36,891 nucleotides of DNA from Bacteroidales bacterium (GCA_035389045.1 DAOORA010000044.1:1-36891), one strand, 5' to 3'. Shown: positions 8,054 through 17,454, numbered from the stretch's first letter. Made by a program: numbers and translations. Notes: generated from the letters alone by a model not told the origin.

Positions 8054-11000
8054 ATGAAAAAGCGATATACCATAGGAACACTCATCTTACTGATGGGTTT
8101 TGCATCCTTCACCGGGTTTGCGCAGAACATACAGGTCTCGGTGGGTTCTGCGACCTCCTGCCCCGGCAACATCGTTATTCCGGTCAACATCAGCAATATG
8201 GCCGATGTGGCCGCCATATCACTCAAGCTGGACTTCGACAAAAACGTACTTACCTATAACGGATACCAGTCGCTCCACAGCGCCATTTCGGGCGGTGGCA
8301 TGCTGGTGATCAACGAAAGTAACGGTACTTTTGTACTCTCCTGGGTTAATATGGCAGGCGCCAGCATAGCCAATGATGTCCTTGTTGAGCTTCTATTCAC
8401 TACCAACGGGGGCTACTCCTATCTTAACTGGAATACAGGCAGTGGCAACTGTGAGTTTACCGACACTGCGAATAACATCCTGCCGGCAAGCTATTCCAAC
8501 GGCACTGTGAACAGCGCCGGAAGCAGTCCTGTGATAACGGTTGAACCTGTTTCGTTCAATGCTTTCGATGGCATCAGTAAAGATGTGAGCTTTTCTGCCA
8601 ATTACATCACTTCGCTTCAATGGCAGGGCAGCACCGATGGTGGCAGCGTCTGGAACGACCTCTCCAACGGTGCGGAATACAGCAATGTGAACGGTTCCAC
8701 ACTGACGATCGTAAATCCTGTGCAAAGCATGAACGGGTATAAGTACCGATGTGTGTGTTATGGCTCCTGTACGCCATCCGACACTACGGTTCCGGTAACC
8801 ATGACGGTGCTGCCCAAAGTGATAGTTACAGCCCACAACAATGTGTCCTGTGCCGGCGCTATAACGGTTCCGGTATCCGTGCAAAAATTCAGCAATATCG
8901 GCGCCTTCTCGCTTACGCTCGACTTCGACAGCATCATCATCAGCTATGTCGGCTTTGAGGGTTTGCATCCACAGATCAACCCGAATGACTTTATAATCAA
9001 TGTGTATTCCAATCAGATATTTATGGCCTGGGCTTCGGCCACAACCCCCATAAATATACCCGATAATGACACTCTTATCAGCATAAAGCTCTTCACCAAT
9101 GGCAGCAACACATCACTGAACTGGCATACCACCAACAGCTACTGTGAAGTCTCCAATGCCGGAGGCACCCCACTATATGGTGTTTACAACAATGCATCCA
9201 TCAGTTCGAGCGGTCTGCCCCCCTCATTCTACAACCAGAATTACACCCTTAGCCTTACCGAAACCCAGAACGGCGATTTTTATGCCTATGCATATCATGC
9301 CGCTTCATATCAATGGCAGGTGAGCACCACAGGCGGCGCCTCATGGACCGACGTTGTGAATGATGCCACATACTCCGGAGCACAGTCGGGCAACCTGCAC
9401 CTGAACAATGTATCGCTTGGCATGGACGGCTATTTGTTCCGCTGCATAGCGTATAATGTGTGCCCGCCGCCGGATACCTCTGCAACAGCGGTATTGAATG
9501 TTGACCCCGCCCCGCAGGTCATTACCACCACCATAGAAACTAAAGGGTATTGCGGCAAAAACTTCTCCGTTCCCATACTTGTCCAGGACTTCAACGGGGT
9601 TTCCTCGGCATCCCTTGTTATCAGTTTCGACTCGGCTGTGCTGACGTACAACGGAATCAGCAATGAACATGCTGAGATTCAGGGTGGTATCACTGTTGTT
9701 AATGTGTACGACAACAAGATATGGTTTAGCTGGGCATCGGTAATTCCAGCCAATATTGGCGATGGCACCCTTTTTAGCCTGGACTTTTCCTCCAACAGCG
9801 GCACCACCCAGCTTTCGTGGGTAACGCAACCCTCGGGCTACTGCGAATACAGCGATACCAACGCAAACCCTATTCTTGGACAATTTATCAATGGTACTTT
9901 AACTAGTGACACCAACACTTATTATGCAAGTTTCAGCGGACTGGCATCGACGTACTGTGAGAACGATCCGGAGGTTCAGCTTACGGGAACCCCTCCGGGG
10001 GGAACATTCAGCGGCAACGGAATTAGTGGCAGTCAGTTCAATCCGGTGCTCGCCGGACCGGGGAACCACACTATTTCCTATACGTTAATCAACTACCTTG
10101 GTTGCCATATTACCGATGTTCAAACTGTAAATGTGCTCAGTGTTTTTAATTCGGTGTTTTATGACACCATCAGTGATGGCGAAACCTATGACTGGATGGG
10201 CAATGAATACGTTTCGGCAGGTATTTATGATGTCATTTATACAGCTCAAAACGGTTGCGACAGTACATATACATTGAATTTAACAGTTAATAGGGTGTCG
10301 AGGCTTAAAGCGAACATTGAAGAACCCGTATGTGAAGGAACTTCCGTTGAACTGATTGCCACAGGTATTGTTCCAGGAGGGCAGGGCAGCAATACATCAG
10401 GAGTTTTGGCGTTGAATGGTATAAATCAATATATCATTCTCGATAGCCTTATGGATTTGTCAGGAGAGGAAATGACTATTGAGTATTGGTTTAAGGGAAC
10501 CAATTTACAGTCAGCCGTTCGGCAGCAGTCAACCTCACCAAACTACATTGTCGCAGGCTGGTCCAATCCCCCAAAGCATATATTGTCCTTTGACGGGAGT
10601 ACTGACGACGGTTTATTGGTTGATGCCACAGGAAACAGCGTGATTTACGACGGTGGTTGGCACCATGTGGCAATGACATGGAAGAAAAATTTAACCAATG
10701 GATTTGTGTCCTATCTCGATGGTGTCCTTCAGCAGGAAAGAAACTCAGCCAATGTCGATATCCCTGACTTTAATTATCCTGTAATAATAGGTTCAGTGTG
10801 GGGATCAAGCGAATTTACAAACGGCAATATTGACAATGTCAGGATATGGAGTGTGGCACACAGCCAATCTCAGATACAAAATAATATGTATAATGAGACG
10901 CCGTTTGATACCACAGGCCTTATTGCGCATTATATGTTTAACGGCGATTTTACCTGTGATAATAATAATACATACAATGGAACAGCCTTTAACAATCCGT

Positions 11001-13717
11001 CATTTGCAGCGCCTGATTTTTATACTTATACCTGGTCAGGGCCCGATGCACCTCTTTCGGGCTCAACAAACGAAGTTCAGTACACGCTGCCTGTCACAAA
11101 CAGTGGCGATTATTATGTGACCGCATCCATCGCCGGCGGCATTAGCCAGACAAGCGATACCGTATCTGTTATCGCCTATCCCTCCTATTTTTATGAAGTT
11201 TTTGACACGGTATGTTTTGGAGATCCATATATATGGCATGGAGATAATTATACCACAAGCGGAATATATTACGACAGTTTGCTTACCATTAGCGGATGCG
11301 ACAGCATCTATGTACTGAATCTTCATGTGTTGGCCGGTTCTTCCGTATCGATATCAGCTTCTGCCGGTTCTTTCTGTAACGGGGATTCGGTAACATTATC
11401 GGTTGATATTGTGTTTGGAGGTGAAAATTGCGGATTGTCATCAAACTTGCTTGATGGCCTTGTTGCCTATTATCCTTTTAATGGAAATGCCAATGACGAA
11501 AGTGGTTCAGGGATCCATGGCACTGTATATGGTGCGACACTTACACAGGATCGGTTCGGAAATGAAAATTCAGCATACAGTTTCAGTGGCAGTGATTATA
11601 TTAAAGCCCCGGCGGATAATTTACCTGCGGCAGAACGTACTATTTGCCTGTGGTTTAAAGTCATTAGTTTAAGTAATAATCCTGCTTTATTGGGCTATGG
11701 CGGTAACTCATGCGGTGAGTCATGGTTTGAGTCATTATATTCTTCAGCGTACTATATGTCGGGGCATTGCGGGGCTAATACGATAATGGCGAATTATTCA
11801 CAGCCGGACGAACCTGTGAATAACTGGAAACATATGGTTGTAAGTACCAGTCCGTCAGGAACTAAGATATATATTGACGGTGTTCTGAAAAACTCTGACG
11901 GTAATTATATCAACAACACTTATGTTACCGGAAAGTATTTGGGTATTGGTGTTGTAGCAGACTTATACGGTAATGTGCCTTATACCGACCCGAATGTCGG
12001 ATATTTTGACGGCGTCATTGACGATGTCCTTATTTACAACAGGGAATTGTCGCCTTCCGAAGTTACTGAATTATTCGAAATCGAACAAAGGGTTGATGTC
12101 TTGTGGAGTACGGGCGACACTACACAATTCATCACGGTGACATCCGGAGGGACATATACTGTCATGACAAGCAACAATGGTTGTAACGATTACGACACTA
12201 TTGTCATCAGCGAGTATCCCAATTATGACTTCGTATCATACGATAGTATTGGTATGGGCGACACATTGATCTGGCGCGGTAATATCTATACCACGGCAGG
12301 TACTTATTACGACAGCCTTCAGACCATACATGGCTGCGACAGTGTTTATGTGCTGAATCTTTCAGTAGAGGTAAGTTACACCATCAGCGGAAAAACCCGG
12401 TATGCCGCCAAAGCCAACGTAGGTAACCCGGCGCCCAATCCGCCAACATATAATGCTTCTATTTATAATATCGGACATGTGACCGTAATACTGAAATCTT
12501 ATCCCGGCGGGGTGGAATTAGCCAGGGATACCAGTGACGCCCTGGGAAATTATCAGTTTACAGGTTTGCCAGACGGCGATTATAAACTTACTTATGATAA
12601 ATATACCCTCGATACCATGCAGTGGGGCAATGGCATTGACGCTATTGATGTAACGTTGTTGAAGTATTACATCGGCATTGATACCCTGGTAGATCCGTCG
12701 AGGTGTTTTTCTTCCAAATACAAAAAGGCGGCAAACGTAGATAATAATCTATTAATCAACGCTATAGATATCTCAAGGCTTAAAGCAAAGATCGGTGCGC
12801 CGTATAATACAACAAAAAACTTTCCCAGGGGAAACTGGGTTGCATTGGAAAAATTAGTCAGCATATCAGGGTCTGATGTTGTGCTAAATCTGGAAACCAT
12901 CTGTTATGGCGATTATAATGCTTCAAGTGTAAAGTACCGTGATTCTTTGGTGAACTGGAATGCGGGAAAATCCTTAGGGAAAAACATTATTTCTGTTTCT
13001 GACGATTATGTCACAACTACCGATCCTATGTATTTTGAAACGCCTTTGCGTATCAGTTCGGCTGTGTATGATTTCTCGGCTATGGGCCTGGAACTGGAAT
13101 ATCCGTCGGAAGATTATAAGCTGGTCAGCGTTTCGATGCCACATGCAGGTAAAAACCAGATGGTGAAGATCAATCCGACCCTGGATGAGATCATTGCCGA
13201 CGATAATGACCTGCTGGTGACCGACGAAGACGGCGTTATCAGGGTAGTCTATGCAACAACCCGTCATTTTGATGTGGCTGCCGGCGATGAAGTCATCAGG
13301 CTGGGATTCCGCCCGATGAAGGATATGTCTCAAGGCATACTTGATTTTGAACTGTCCGGAACAGGCATATTCGGTGACCAATACGGCGAAGAGCAGGAAG
13401 ACACTTATCTGATCATGCCAAAGATACTGGTTCAGGGCAAGGGCGCTGAAGCAGGATTTGACTTTGCAGGATATCCTAACCCGTTTAATGATAATGCAAC
13501 ATTAATCTACGACATACCGGAAAATGGAATGGTAAAACTCAGCGTTTATAACACTCTTGGCGAGCGTGTTTGTGTACTTGTTAATGAATCTCAGACCGTT
13601 GGAAGGCATTTCGCTGATTTTTCACCCGGGGAACTTGCTCAGGGTATGTATACGTTTAAACTCGAATTTTCGGGTGCAAACAAATCAAAATGCCTGTTAT
13701 TAAAGATGATACATTAG
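8054..13717 (+). CDS. Scaffoldin-like T9SS protein: signal peptide, 3 cohesin-like modules alternating with Ig-like modules, 2 LamG domains, GCDS repeats, CnaB-like, dockerin-like, cohesin-like, T9SS CTD
   Basis: Cohesin-like IVIPVNISNMADVAAISLKLDFDKNVLTY, ITVPVSVQKFSNIGAFSLTLDFD and FSVPILVQDFNGVSSASLVISFDSAVLTY. Ig-like LQWQGSTDGG / YQWQVSTTGG. LamG WHHVAMTW...YLDG...GNIDNVRIW and LVAYYPFNGNAND...GVIDDVLIYNRELS. Dockerin-like NGIDAIDVTLLK...ANVDNNLLINAIDISRLK; CTD YPNPFN. Confidence 0.88.
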   Translation: MKKRYTIGTLILLMGFASFTGFAQNIQVSVGSATSCPGNIVIPVNISNMADVAAISLKLDFDKNVLTYNGYQSLHSAISGGGMLVINESNGTFVLSWVNMAGASIANDVLVELLFTTNGGYSYLNWNTGSGNCEFTDTANNILPASYSNGTVNSAGSSPVITVEPVSFNAFDGISKDVSFSANYITSLQWQGSTDGGSVWNDLSNGAEYSNVNGSTLTIVNPVQSMNGYKYRCVCYGSCTPSDTTVPVTMTVLPKVIVTAHNNVSCAGAITVPVSVQKFSNIGAFSLTLDFDSIIISYVGFEGLHPQINPNDFIINVYSNQIFMAWASATTPINIPDNDTLISIKLFTNGSNTSLNWHTTNSYCEVSNAGGTPLYGVYNNASISSSGLPPSFYNQNYTLSLTETQNGDFYAYAYHAASYQWQVSTTGGASWTDVVNDATYSGAQSGNLHLNNVSLGMDGYLFRCIAYNVCPPPDTSATAVLNVDPAPQVITTTIETKGYCGKNFSVPILVQDFNGVSSASLVISFDSAVLTYNGISNEHAEIQGGITVVNVYDNKIWFSWASVIPANIGDGTLFSLDFSSNSGTTQLSWVTQPSGYCEYSDTNANPILGQFINGTLTSDTNTYYASFSGLASTYCENDPEVQLTGTPPGGTFSGNGISGSQFNPVLAGPGNHTISYTLINYLGCHITDVQTVNVLSVFNSVFYDTISDGETYDWMGNEYVSAGIYDVIYTAQNGCDSTYTLNLTVNRVSRLKANIEEPVCEGTSVELIATGIVPGGQGSNTSGVLALNGINQYIILDSLMDLSGEEMTIEYWFKGTNLQSAVRQQSTSPNYIVAGWSNPPKHILSFDGSTDDGLLVDATGNSVIYDGGWHHVAMTWKKNLTNGFVSYLDGVLQQERNSANVDIPDFNYPVIIGSVWGSSEFTNGNIDNVRIWSVAHSQSQIQNNMYNETPFDTTGLIAHYMFNGDFTCDNNNTYNGTAFNNPSFAAPDFYTYTWSGPDAPLSGSTNEVQYTLPVTNSGDYYVTASIAGGISQTSDTVSVIAYPSYFYEVFDTVCFGDPYIWHGDNYTTSGIYYDSLLTISGCDSIYVLNLHVLAGSSVSISASAGSFCNGDSVTLSVDIVFGGENCGLSSNLLDGLVAYYPFNGNANDESGSGIHGTVYGATLTQDRFGNENSAYSFSGSDYIKAPADNLPAAERTICLWFKVISLSNNPALLGYGGNSCGESWFESLYSSAYYMSGHCGANTIMANYSQPDEPVNNWKHMVVSTSPSGTKIYIDGVLKNSDGNYINNTYVTGKYLGIGVVADLYGNVPYTDPNVGYFDGVIDDVLIYNRELSPSEVTELFEIEQRVDVLWSTGDTTQFITVTSGGTYTVMTSNNGCNDYDTIVISEYPNYDFVSYDSIGMGDTLIWRGNIYTTAGTYYDSLQTIHGCDSVYVLNLSVEVSYTISGKTRYAAKANVGNPAPNPPTYNASIYNIGHVTVILKSYPGGVELARDTSDALGNYQFTGLPDGDYKLTYDKYTLDTMQWGNGIDAIDVTLLKYYIGIDTLVDPSRCFSSKYKKAANVDNNLLINAIDISRLKAKIGAPYNTTKNFPRGNWVALEKLVSISGSDVVLNLETICYGDYNASSVKYRDSLVNWNAGKSLGKNIISVSDDYVTTTDPMYFETPLRISSAVYDFSAMGLELEYPSEDYKLVSVSMPHAGKNQMVKINPTLDEIIADDNDLLVTDEDGVIRVVYATTRHFDVAAGDEVIRLGFRPMKDMSQGILDFELSGTGIFGDQYGEEQEDTYLIMPKILVQGKGAEAGFDFAGYPNPFNDNATLIYDIPENGMVKLSVYNTLGERVCVLVNESQTVGRHFADFSPGELAQGMYTFKLEFSGANKSKCLLLKMIH

Positions 13718-13735
13718 GAAGCCCTGTAAATATAC

Positions 13736-13895
13736 GTGATATGATGACTGCGCGCTGGCCTGGCGCTAAAGGCCGTCATCCTATCACTAAAACCTATTCG
13801 AGTGATATGATGACTGTGTCCGTACGCGCGCATTCGCAACGCGTGCAATAGAAACAAATACACTTTATAAATAAATGTTGTTAAAAAACTTTAGC
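13736..13895. repeat. REP-like family A copies (13736-13788, 13801-13816) and family B copy (13823-13846) with the RAYT-remnant leader
   Basis: Near-identical to 1019-1157, including TAGAAACAAATACACTTTATAAATAAATGTTGTTAAAAAACTTTAGC. Confidence 0.8.
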
Positions 13896-14109
13896 CCACA
13901 TTGCAGTGACAAACTTGTAACTATTTGATATTAAGAACTGTCATTTTTAAAAATTTCGGCAGGGGGGACTACGGATTTTTTCTGATAAATGCAACATATT
14001 TGTAATGCATCAGGTCGTAAATCTGTTTTGCTTTTGGGTGTAAATCCGTGCATTGACGGATTGATATTATTTCCTCATTTATATTTTCAACAGATGTAGT
14101 TACCCCACA
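13895..14109 (-). pseudogene. 3' fragment of an IS1634-like DDE transposase with the adjacent IS end
   Basis: Minus strand reads VTTSVENINEEIISIRQCTDLHPKAKQIYDLMHYKYVAFIRK, like the C-terminus of Bacteroidota IS1634 transposases (from recall). Ends in TGCAATGTGGG on the minus strand. Confidence 0.55.
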
Positions 14110-14110
14110 G

Positions 14111-14224
14111 TACGCGCTCGTTCGCAACGCGTGCAATAGAAAAGAATGCACTGTATAAAAAACTTTAGCATTGCTTCCAATGTCAGAAAAATACAAAACC
14201 ACCAAAACCGATAAGGTATACCCA
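14111..14224 (+). mobile_element. Second left end of the RAYT-like remnant (REP family B + MSEKYKTTKTDKVY)
   Basis: TACGCGCTCGTTCGCAACGCGTGC at 14111-14134, and ATG at 14180 similar to 1168-1203. Confidence 0.55.
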
Positions 14225-14403
14225 GTTGTTCGTAGTTTGCAAAACGGACAGTTTTTCCTTGTTCGCCTGCGTTTGTAACCCATGCTTTTTTGCAACACAT
14301 ATTGTTCACGGATCCTTTTACATAAAAGCGACAAAGGTGCAACCATAGCCGAGAGTTTATTTACCATGATTTTGCCAAAAACTAAATTATTTATTCTAAA
14401 ATA

Positions 14404-14434
14404 TTTGTGGAATTAATTAAAAATCGTATCTTTG
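14404..14434 (+). promoter_or_regulatory. Bacteroidota primary-sigma promoter for rpmG (-33 TTTG, -7 TATCTTTG)
   Basis: TTTG at 14404-14407, 19-nt spacer, TAnnTTTG at 14427-14434, about 30 nt before the ATG. Confidence 0.75.
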
Positions 14435-14463
14435 CACCCTTAAAATAAATAAAACCGCGTAAA

Positions 14464-14652
14464 ATGGCAAAGAAAACGAAAGATGCACGTATACAGGTTA
14501 TTCTGGAGTGTACCGAACATAAGAACAGTGGCATGCCGGGGACATCGCGTTATATCACAACAAAGAACAAGAAAAACACCCCGGAACGTATCGAACTGAA
14601 AAAATACAATCCGATATTAAAAAAAGTAACCGTTCATAAGGAAATCAAATAA
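14464..14652 (+). CDS. rpmG: 50S ribosomal protein L33
   Basis: [12 protein letters not shown]...[35 protein letters not shown]. Confidence 0.97.
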   Translation: MAKKTKDARIQVILECTEHKNSGMPGTSRYITTKNKKNTPERIELKKYNPILKKVTVHKEIK

Positions 14653-14664
14653 ACACTATAAGAC

Positions 14665-14820
14665 ATGGCAAAGAAAGTAATCGCAACACTGAAAACATCT
14701 ACAGGCAAGGATTATGCAAAAGTCATCCGGATGGTGAAATCACCCAAAACCGGGGCTTATGCATTTAAGGAAGAAATCGTAGCTAATGATATTGTAAAGG
14801 AATACCTGTCAAAGAAATAA
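14665..14820 (+). CDS. DUF4295 family small protein (51 aa; not in the ORF track)
   Basis: MAKKVIATLKTSTGKDYAKVIRMVKSPKTGAYAFKEEIV..., the usual Bacteroidota gene between rpmG and ftsY. Confidence 0.9.
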   Translation: MAKKVIATLKTSTGKDYAKVIRMVKSPKTGAYAFKEEIVANDIVKEYLSKK

Positions 14821-14841
14821 CCTCCGGGTGAAATTCTTTAG

Positions 14842-14880
14842 AAAAACAAGCTTTTCACTCAGGGGAGCTTGTTTTTTTTT
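14842..14880 (+). terminator. Rho-independent terminator
   Basis: AAAAACAAGCTT..hairpin..GAGCTTG followed by a T-tract, downstream of DUF4295. Confidence 0.7.
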
Positions 14881-15005
14881 AATACTGTTGGACGAATGAC
14901 TACATTCATTAGCTTGATACTGCAGGACATAGTTACGCATCAGAAGCATACCGGATCAGTCACGGACTTGAAAAAGTTCTTTCCGGTAAAAAATATATAT
15001 GAATA

Positions 15006-15965
15006 ATGGGTATATTCAGTTTTTTTTCAAAGGAGAAAAAGGAAAGTCTGAACCAGGGACTGACAAAAACCAAGGAAAGTTTTTTTTCTAAGCTTTCCAA
15101 AGCAGTTGTTGGTAAGTCCAAAGTTGACGATGAAGTCCTTGATGATCTTGAAGAGATCCTTATTTCTTCAGATGTTGGCGTTGGCACCACGCTGAAAATA
15201 ATTGAACGTATCGAAAAACGCGTATCACGCGACAAATACCTTGGCACGCAGGAGCTGGATCAGATACTGAAAGAAGAGATCACCGGCCTGCTGACTGAAA
15301 ACGATACCGGTCCTCAGGGCGATTTTGAACCGGAAGCCGGTAAAAAACCCTATGTCATGGTGGTTGTAGGGGTGAATGGCGTCGGAAAAACCACCACCAT
15401 CGGTAAACTTGCGTTTCAATATAAAAACAAAGGATATAACGTGCTGTTAGGCGCTGCCGACACATTCCGTGCTGCTGCTGTCGACCAGCTTACGATATGG
15501 TCCGAAAGGGTCGGGGTACCGGTGATAAGTCAGGGCATGGGCGCCGACCCGGCTTCCGTAGCCTACGACACTGTTGCAGCGGCCAAATCACGCAATGCGG
15601 ACGTGGTGATCATTGATACCGCAGGGCGCCTGCATAATAAAGTTAACCTGATGAATGAACTGTCGAAGATCAGAAAAGTAATTCAGAAAGTGATACCCGA
15701 TGCCCCCCATGAAGTATTGCTGGTGCTGGATGCTTCTACCGGCCAGAATGCCATTGAACAGGCACGCCAGTTTACGGCTGCCACCGATGTGAGCGCCATT
15801 GCGCTGACCAAACTCGACGGGACGGCAAAAGGCGGCGTGGTACTTGGTATTTCCGATGAGTTTAAAATACCGGTGAAGTATATCGGCGTAGGCGAAAAAA
15901 TTGACGACCTGCAGATTTTCAACAAGGTGGAATTTGTAGATTCCTTTTTCCGTAATGCCCGCTAA
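15006..15965 (+). CDS. ftsY: Signal recognition particle receptor FtsY
   Basis: GVNGVGKTTTIGKLA, DTFRAAA, DTAGR, TKLDGTAKGG. Confidence 0.97.
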   Translation: MGIFSFFSKEKKESLNQGLTKTKESFFSKLSKAVVGKSKVDDEVLDDLEEILISSDVGVGTTLKIIERIEKRVSRDKYLGTQELDQILKEEITGLLTENDTGPQGDFEPEAGKKPYVMVVVGVNGVGKTTTIGKLAFQYKNKGYNVLLGAADTFRAAAVDQLTIWSERVGVPVISQGMGADPASVAYDTVAAAKSRNADVVIIDTAGRLHNKVNLMNELSKIRKVIQKVIPDAPHEVLLVLDASTGQNAIEQARQFTAATDVSAIALTKLDGTAKGGVVLGISDEFKIPVKYIGVGEKIDDLQIFNKVEFVDSFFRNAR

Positions 15966-17271
15966 TCATTCGCGCATCCTTAACCAGCGCCGGCGCAGCA
16001 TAAATGTGGTTACGCTGGGATGCCCCAAAAATATTGTGGACTCTGAAAAAATCTTAGGAAGCCTGCCCCCCGGTGAATTTAAGATCTATTATAACTCAGA
16101 TATACAGGCCGACATTGTTTTAATCAACACCTGTGCCTTTATCAACGATGCCAAACAGGAATCCATTGACGCCATTCTGCAATTTACCGAAGCCAAAAAG
16201 CAAAGCGCTTCGGAGGTTTATGTCACCGGTTGCCTTGCCCAGCGTTACAAGAAGGAGCTCATGGCTGAAATACCTTCCCTCGACGGCATCTTCGGATTGC
16301 ATGAGACCGGCAGGCTGATACAACAGATATCACGGGCTTCTTATGAGCTGACAGACCATAGGGTACTGACAACACCCGGGCATTATGCTTACCTGAAGAT
16401 CTCCGAAGGCTGCGACCGTAAATGTTCCTTTTGTGCTATCCCCCTGATACGCGGTGCAAATGTTTCTTACCCCGTTGAAAGAATTCTGGACGAAGCCGCT
16501 ATGTTAGCCGGAAAAGGCGTAAAAGAACTTATGGTCATTGCCCAGGACACTACTTATTATGGACTGGATATCTATAAAAAAAGAAAGCTGGCATTTTTAC
16601 TGGAAAAGCTATCGGATATAAAAGAATTTGAATGGATACGCCTGCATTATGCGTTTCCTTCGGGATTCCCGGAGGATGTCATGGAGGTAATGGCCGGGCG
16701 TGATAATATCTGTAAGTATTTAGATATTCCCTTACAGCATATTAATAATGAAATGCTTGCTTCCATGCGCCGCAATATAGACCGGAAGGGCACCATGGCC
16801 TTACTGAATAAGATACGTGACAAAGTCCCCGGTATTGCCCTCAGAACCGCATTTATTACCGGATACCCCGGTGAAACGCCCGGGCATTTTGATGAATTGT
16901 GTGAGTTCATTGTTGACCAGAAGTTTGAACGAATGGGAGTGTTTACCTATTCGAACGAAGAAGGAACAGCGGCAGCAACATTAAAACACCAGGTCTCATC
17001 AAAAGTCAGGCTGCAGCGCTACAAACGTATGATGGAGTTGCAACAGCAGATTTCATCATCCCTGAATGAGTCTTTGGTTGGCAAAACCATGAAGGTAATT
17101 ATTGACAGGAAAGAAAACGATTTCTTTATCGGCCGCACGGAGTTTGATTCTCCGGAGATTGATAATGAGGTGCTGATATCTGCAAAAGGTAAAAAACTCA
17201 AGCCCGGGAATTTTTATCATGTAAAAATCACAGGGACTGAGTTTTATGACTTGTATGCTGATGTGAAATAA
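15955..17271 (+). CDS. rimO: Ribosomal protein S12 methylthiotransferase RimO
   Basis: TLGCPKNIVDSE, NTCAFI, radical-SAM CDRKCSFC, C-terminal TRAM-like DSPEIDNEV; follows ftsY. Confidence 0.95.
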   Translation: MPANHSRILNQRRRSINVVTLGCPKNIVDSEKILGSLPPGEFKIYYNSDIQADIVLINTCAFINDAKQESIDAILQFTEAKKQSASEVYVTGCLAQRYKKELMAEIPSLDGIFGLHETGRLIQQISRASYELTDHRVLTTPGHYAYLKISEGCDRKCSFCAIPLIRGANVSYPVERILDEAAMLAGKGVKELMVIAQDTTYYGLDIYKKRKLAFLLEKLSDIKEFEWIRLHYAFPSGFPEDVMEVMAGRDNICKYLDIPLQHINNEMLASMRRNIDRKGTMALLNKIRDKVPGIALRTAFITGYPGETPGHFDELCEFIVDQKFERMGVFTYSNEEGTAAATLKHQVSSKVRLQRYKRMMELQQQISSSLNESLVGKTMKVIIDRKENDFFIGRTEFDSPEIDNEVLISAKGKKLKPGNFYHVKITGTEFYDLYADVK

Positions 17272-17279
17272 ACTGTTTT

Positions 17280-17443
17280 TTTTCTCGCAAAGATGCAAAG
17301 GCGCAAAGTTTTTTTCTCTGCGGTACTGTGCGTAATAGTTTTTCTCGCAAAGACGCAAAGTCATATTATTATTTTCCCTTATATGCGAAAATCAGCGTAA
17401 TCTGCGGGAAATATTTTCTCGCAAAGACGCAAAGGCGCAAAGT
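17280..17443. repeat. Three copies of TTTTCTCGCAAAG(A/G)CGCAAAG-type repeat plus related TCTGCG motifs
   Basis: Copies at about 17280-17309, 17340-17361 and 17414-17443, between the convergent rimO and uvrA. Confidence 0.75.
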
Positions 17444-17454
17444 CTATAATGATA

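Noticed and set aside
1..13717. Diversity-generating retroelement TR/VR pair suggested by the near-identical gene ends
   Set aside because: Differences between the copies are not restricted to adenines, both copies are coding, and no reverse transcriptase is present in the window.
1858..13717. True cellulosome
   Set aside because: No recognisable GH, CBM3 or SLH/sortase modules; export signals are T9SS type. The beta-helix could be catalytic, but this is not evident from the sequence.
13969..14367. 132-aa minus-strand ORF as a real gene
   Set aside because: It is a chance read-through across the REP/RAYT remnant into the IS fragment; only the last ~45 aa look like transposase.
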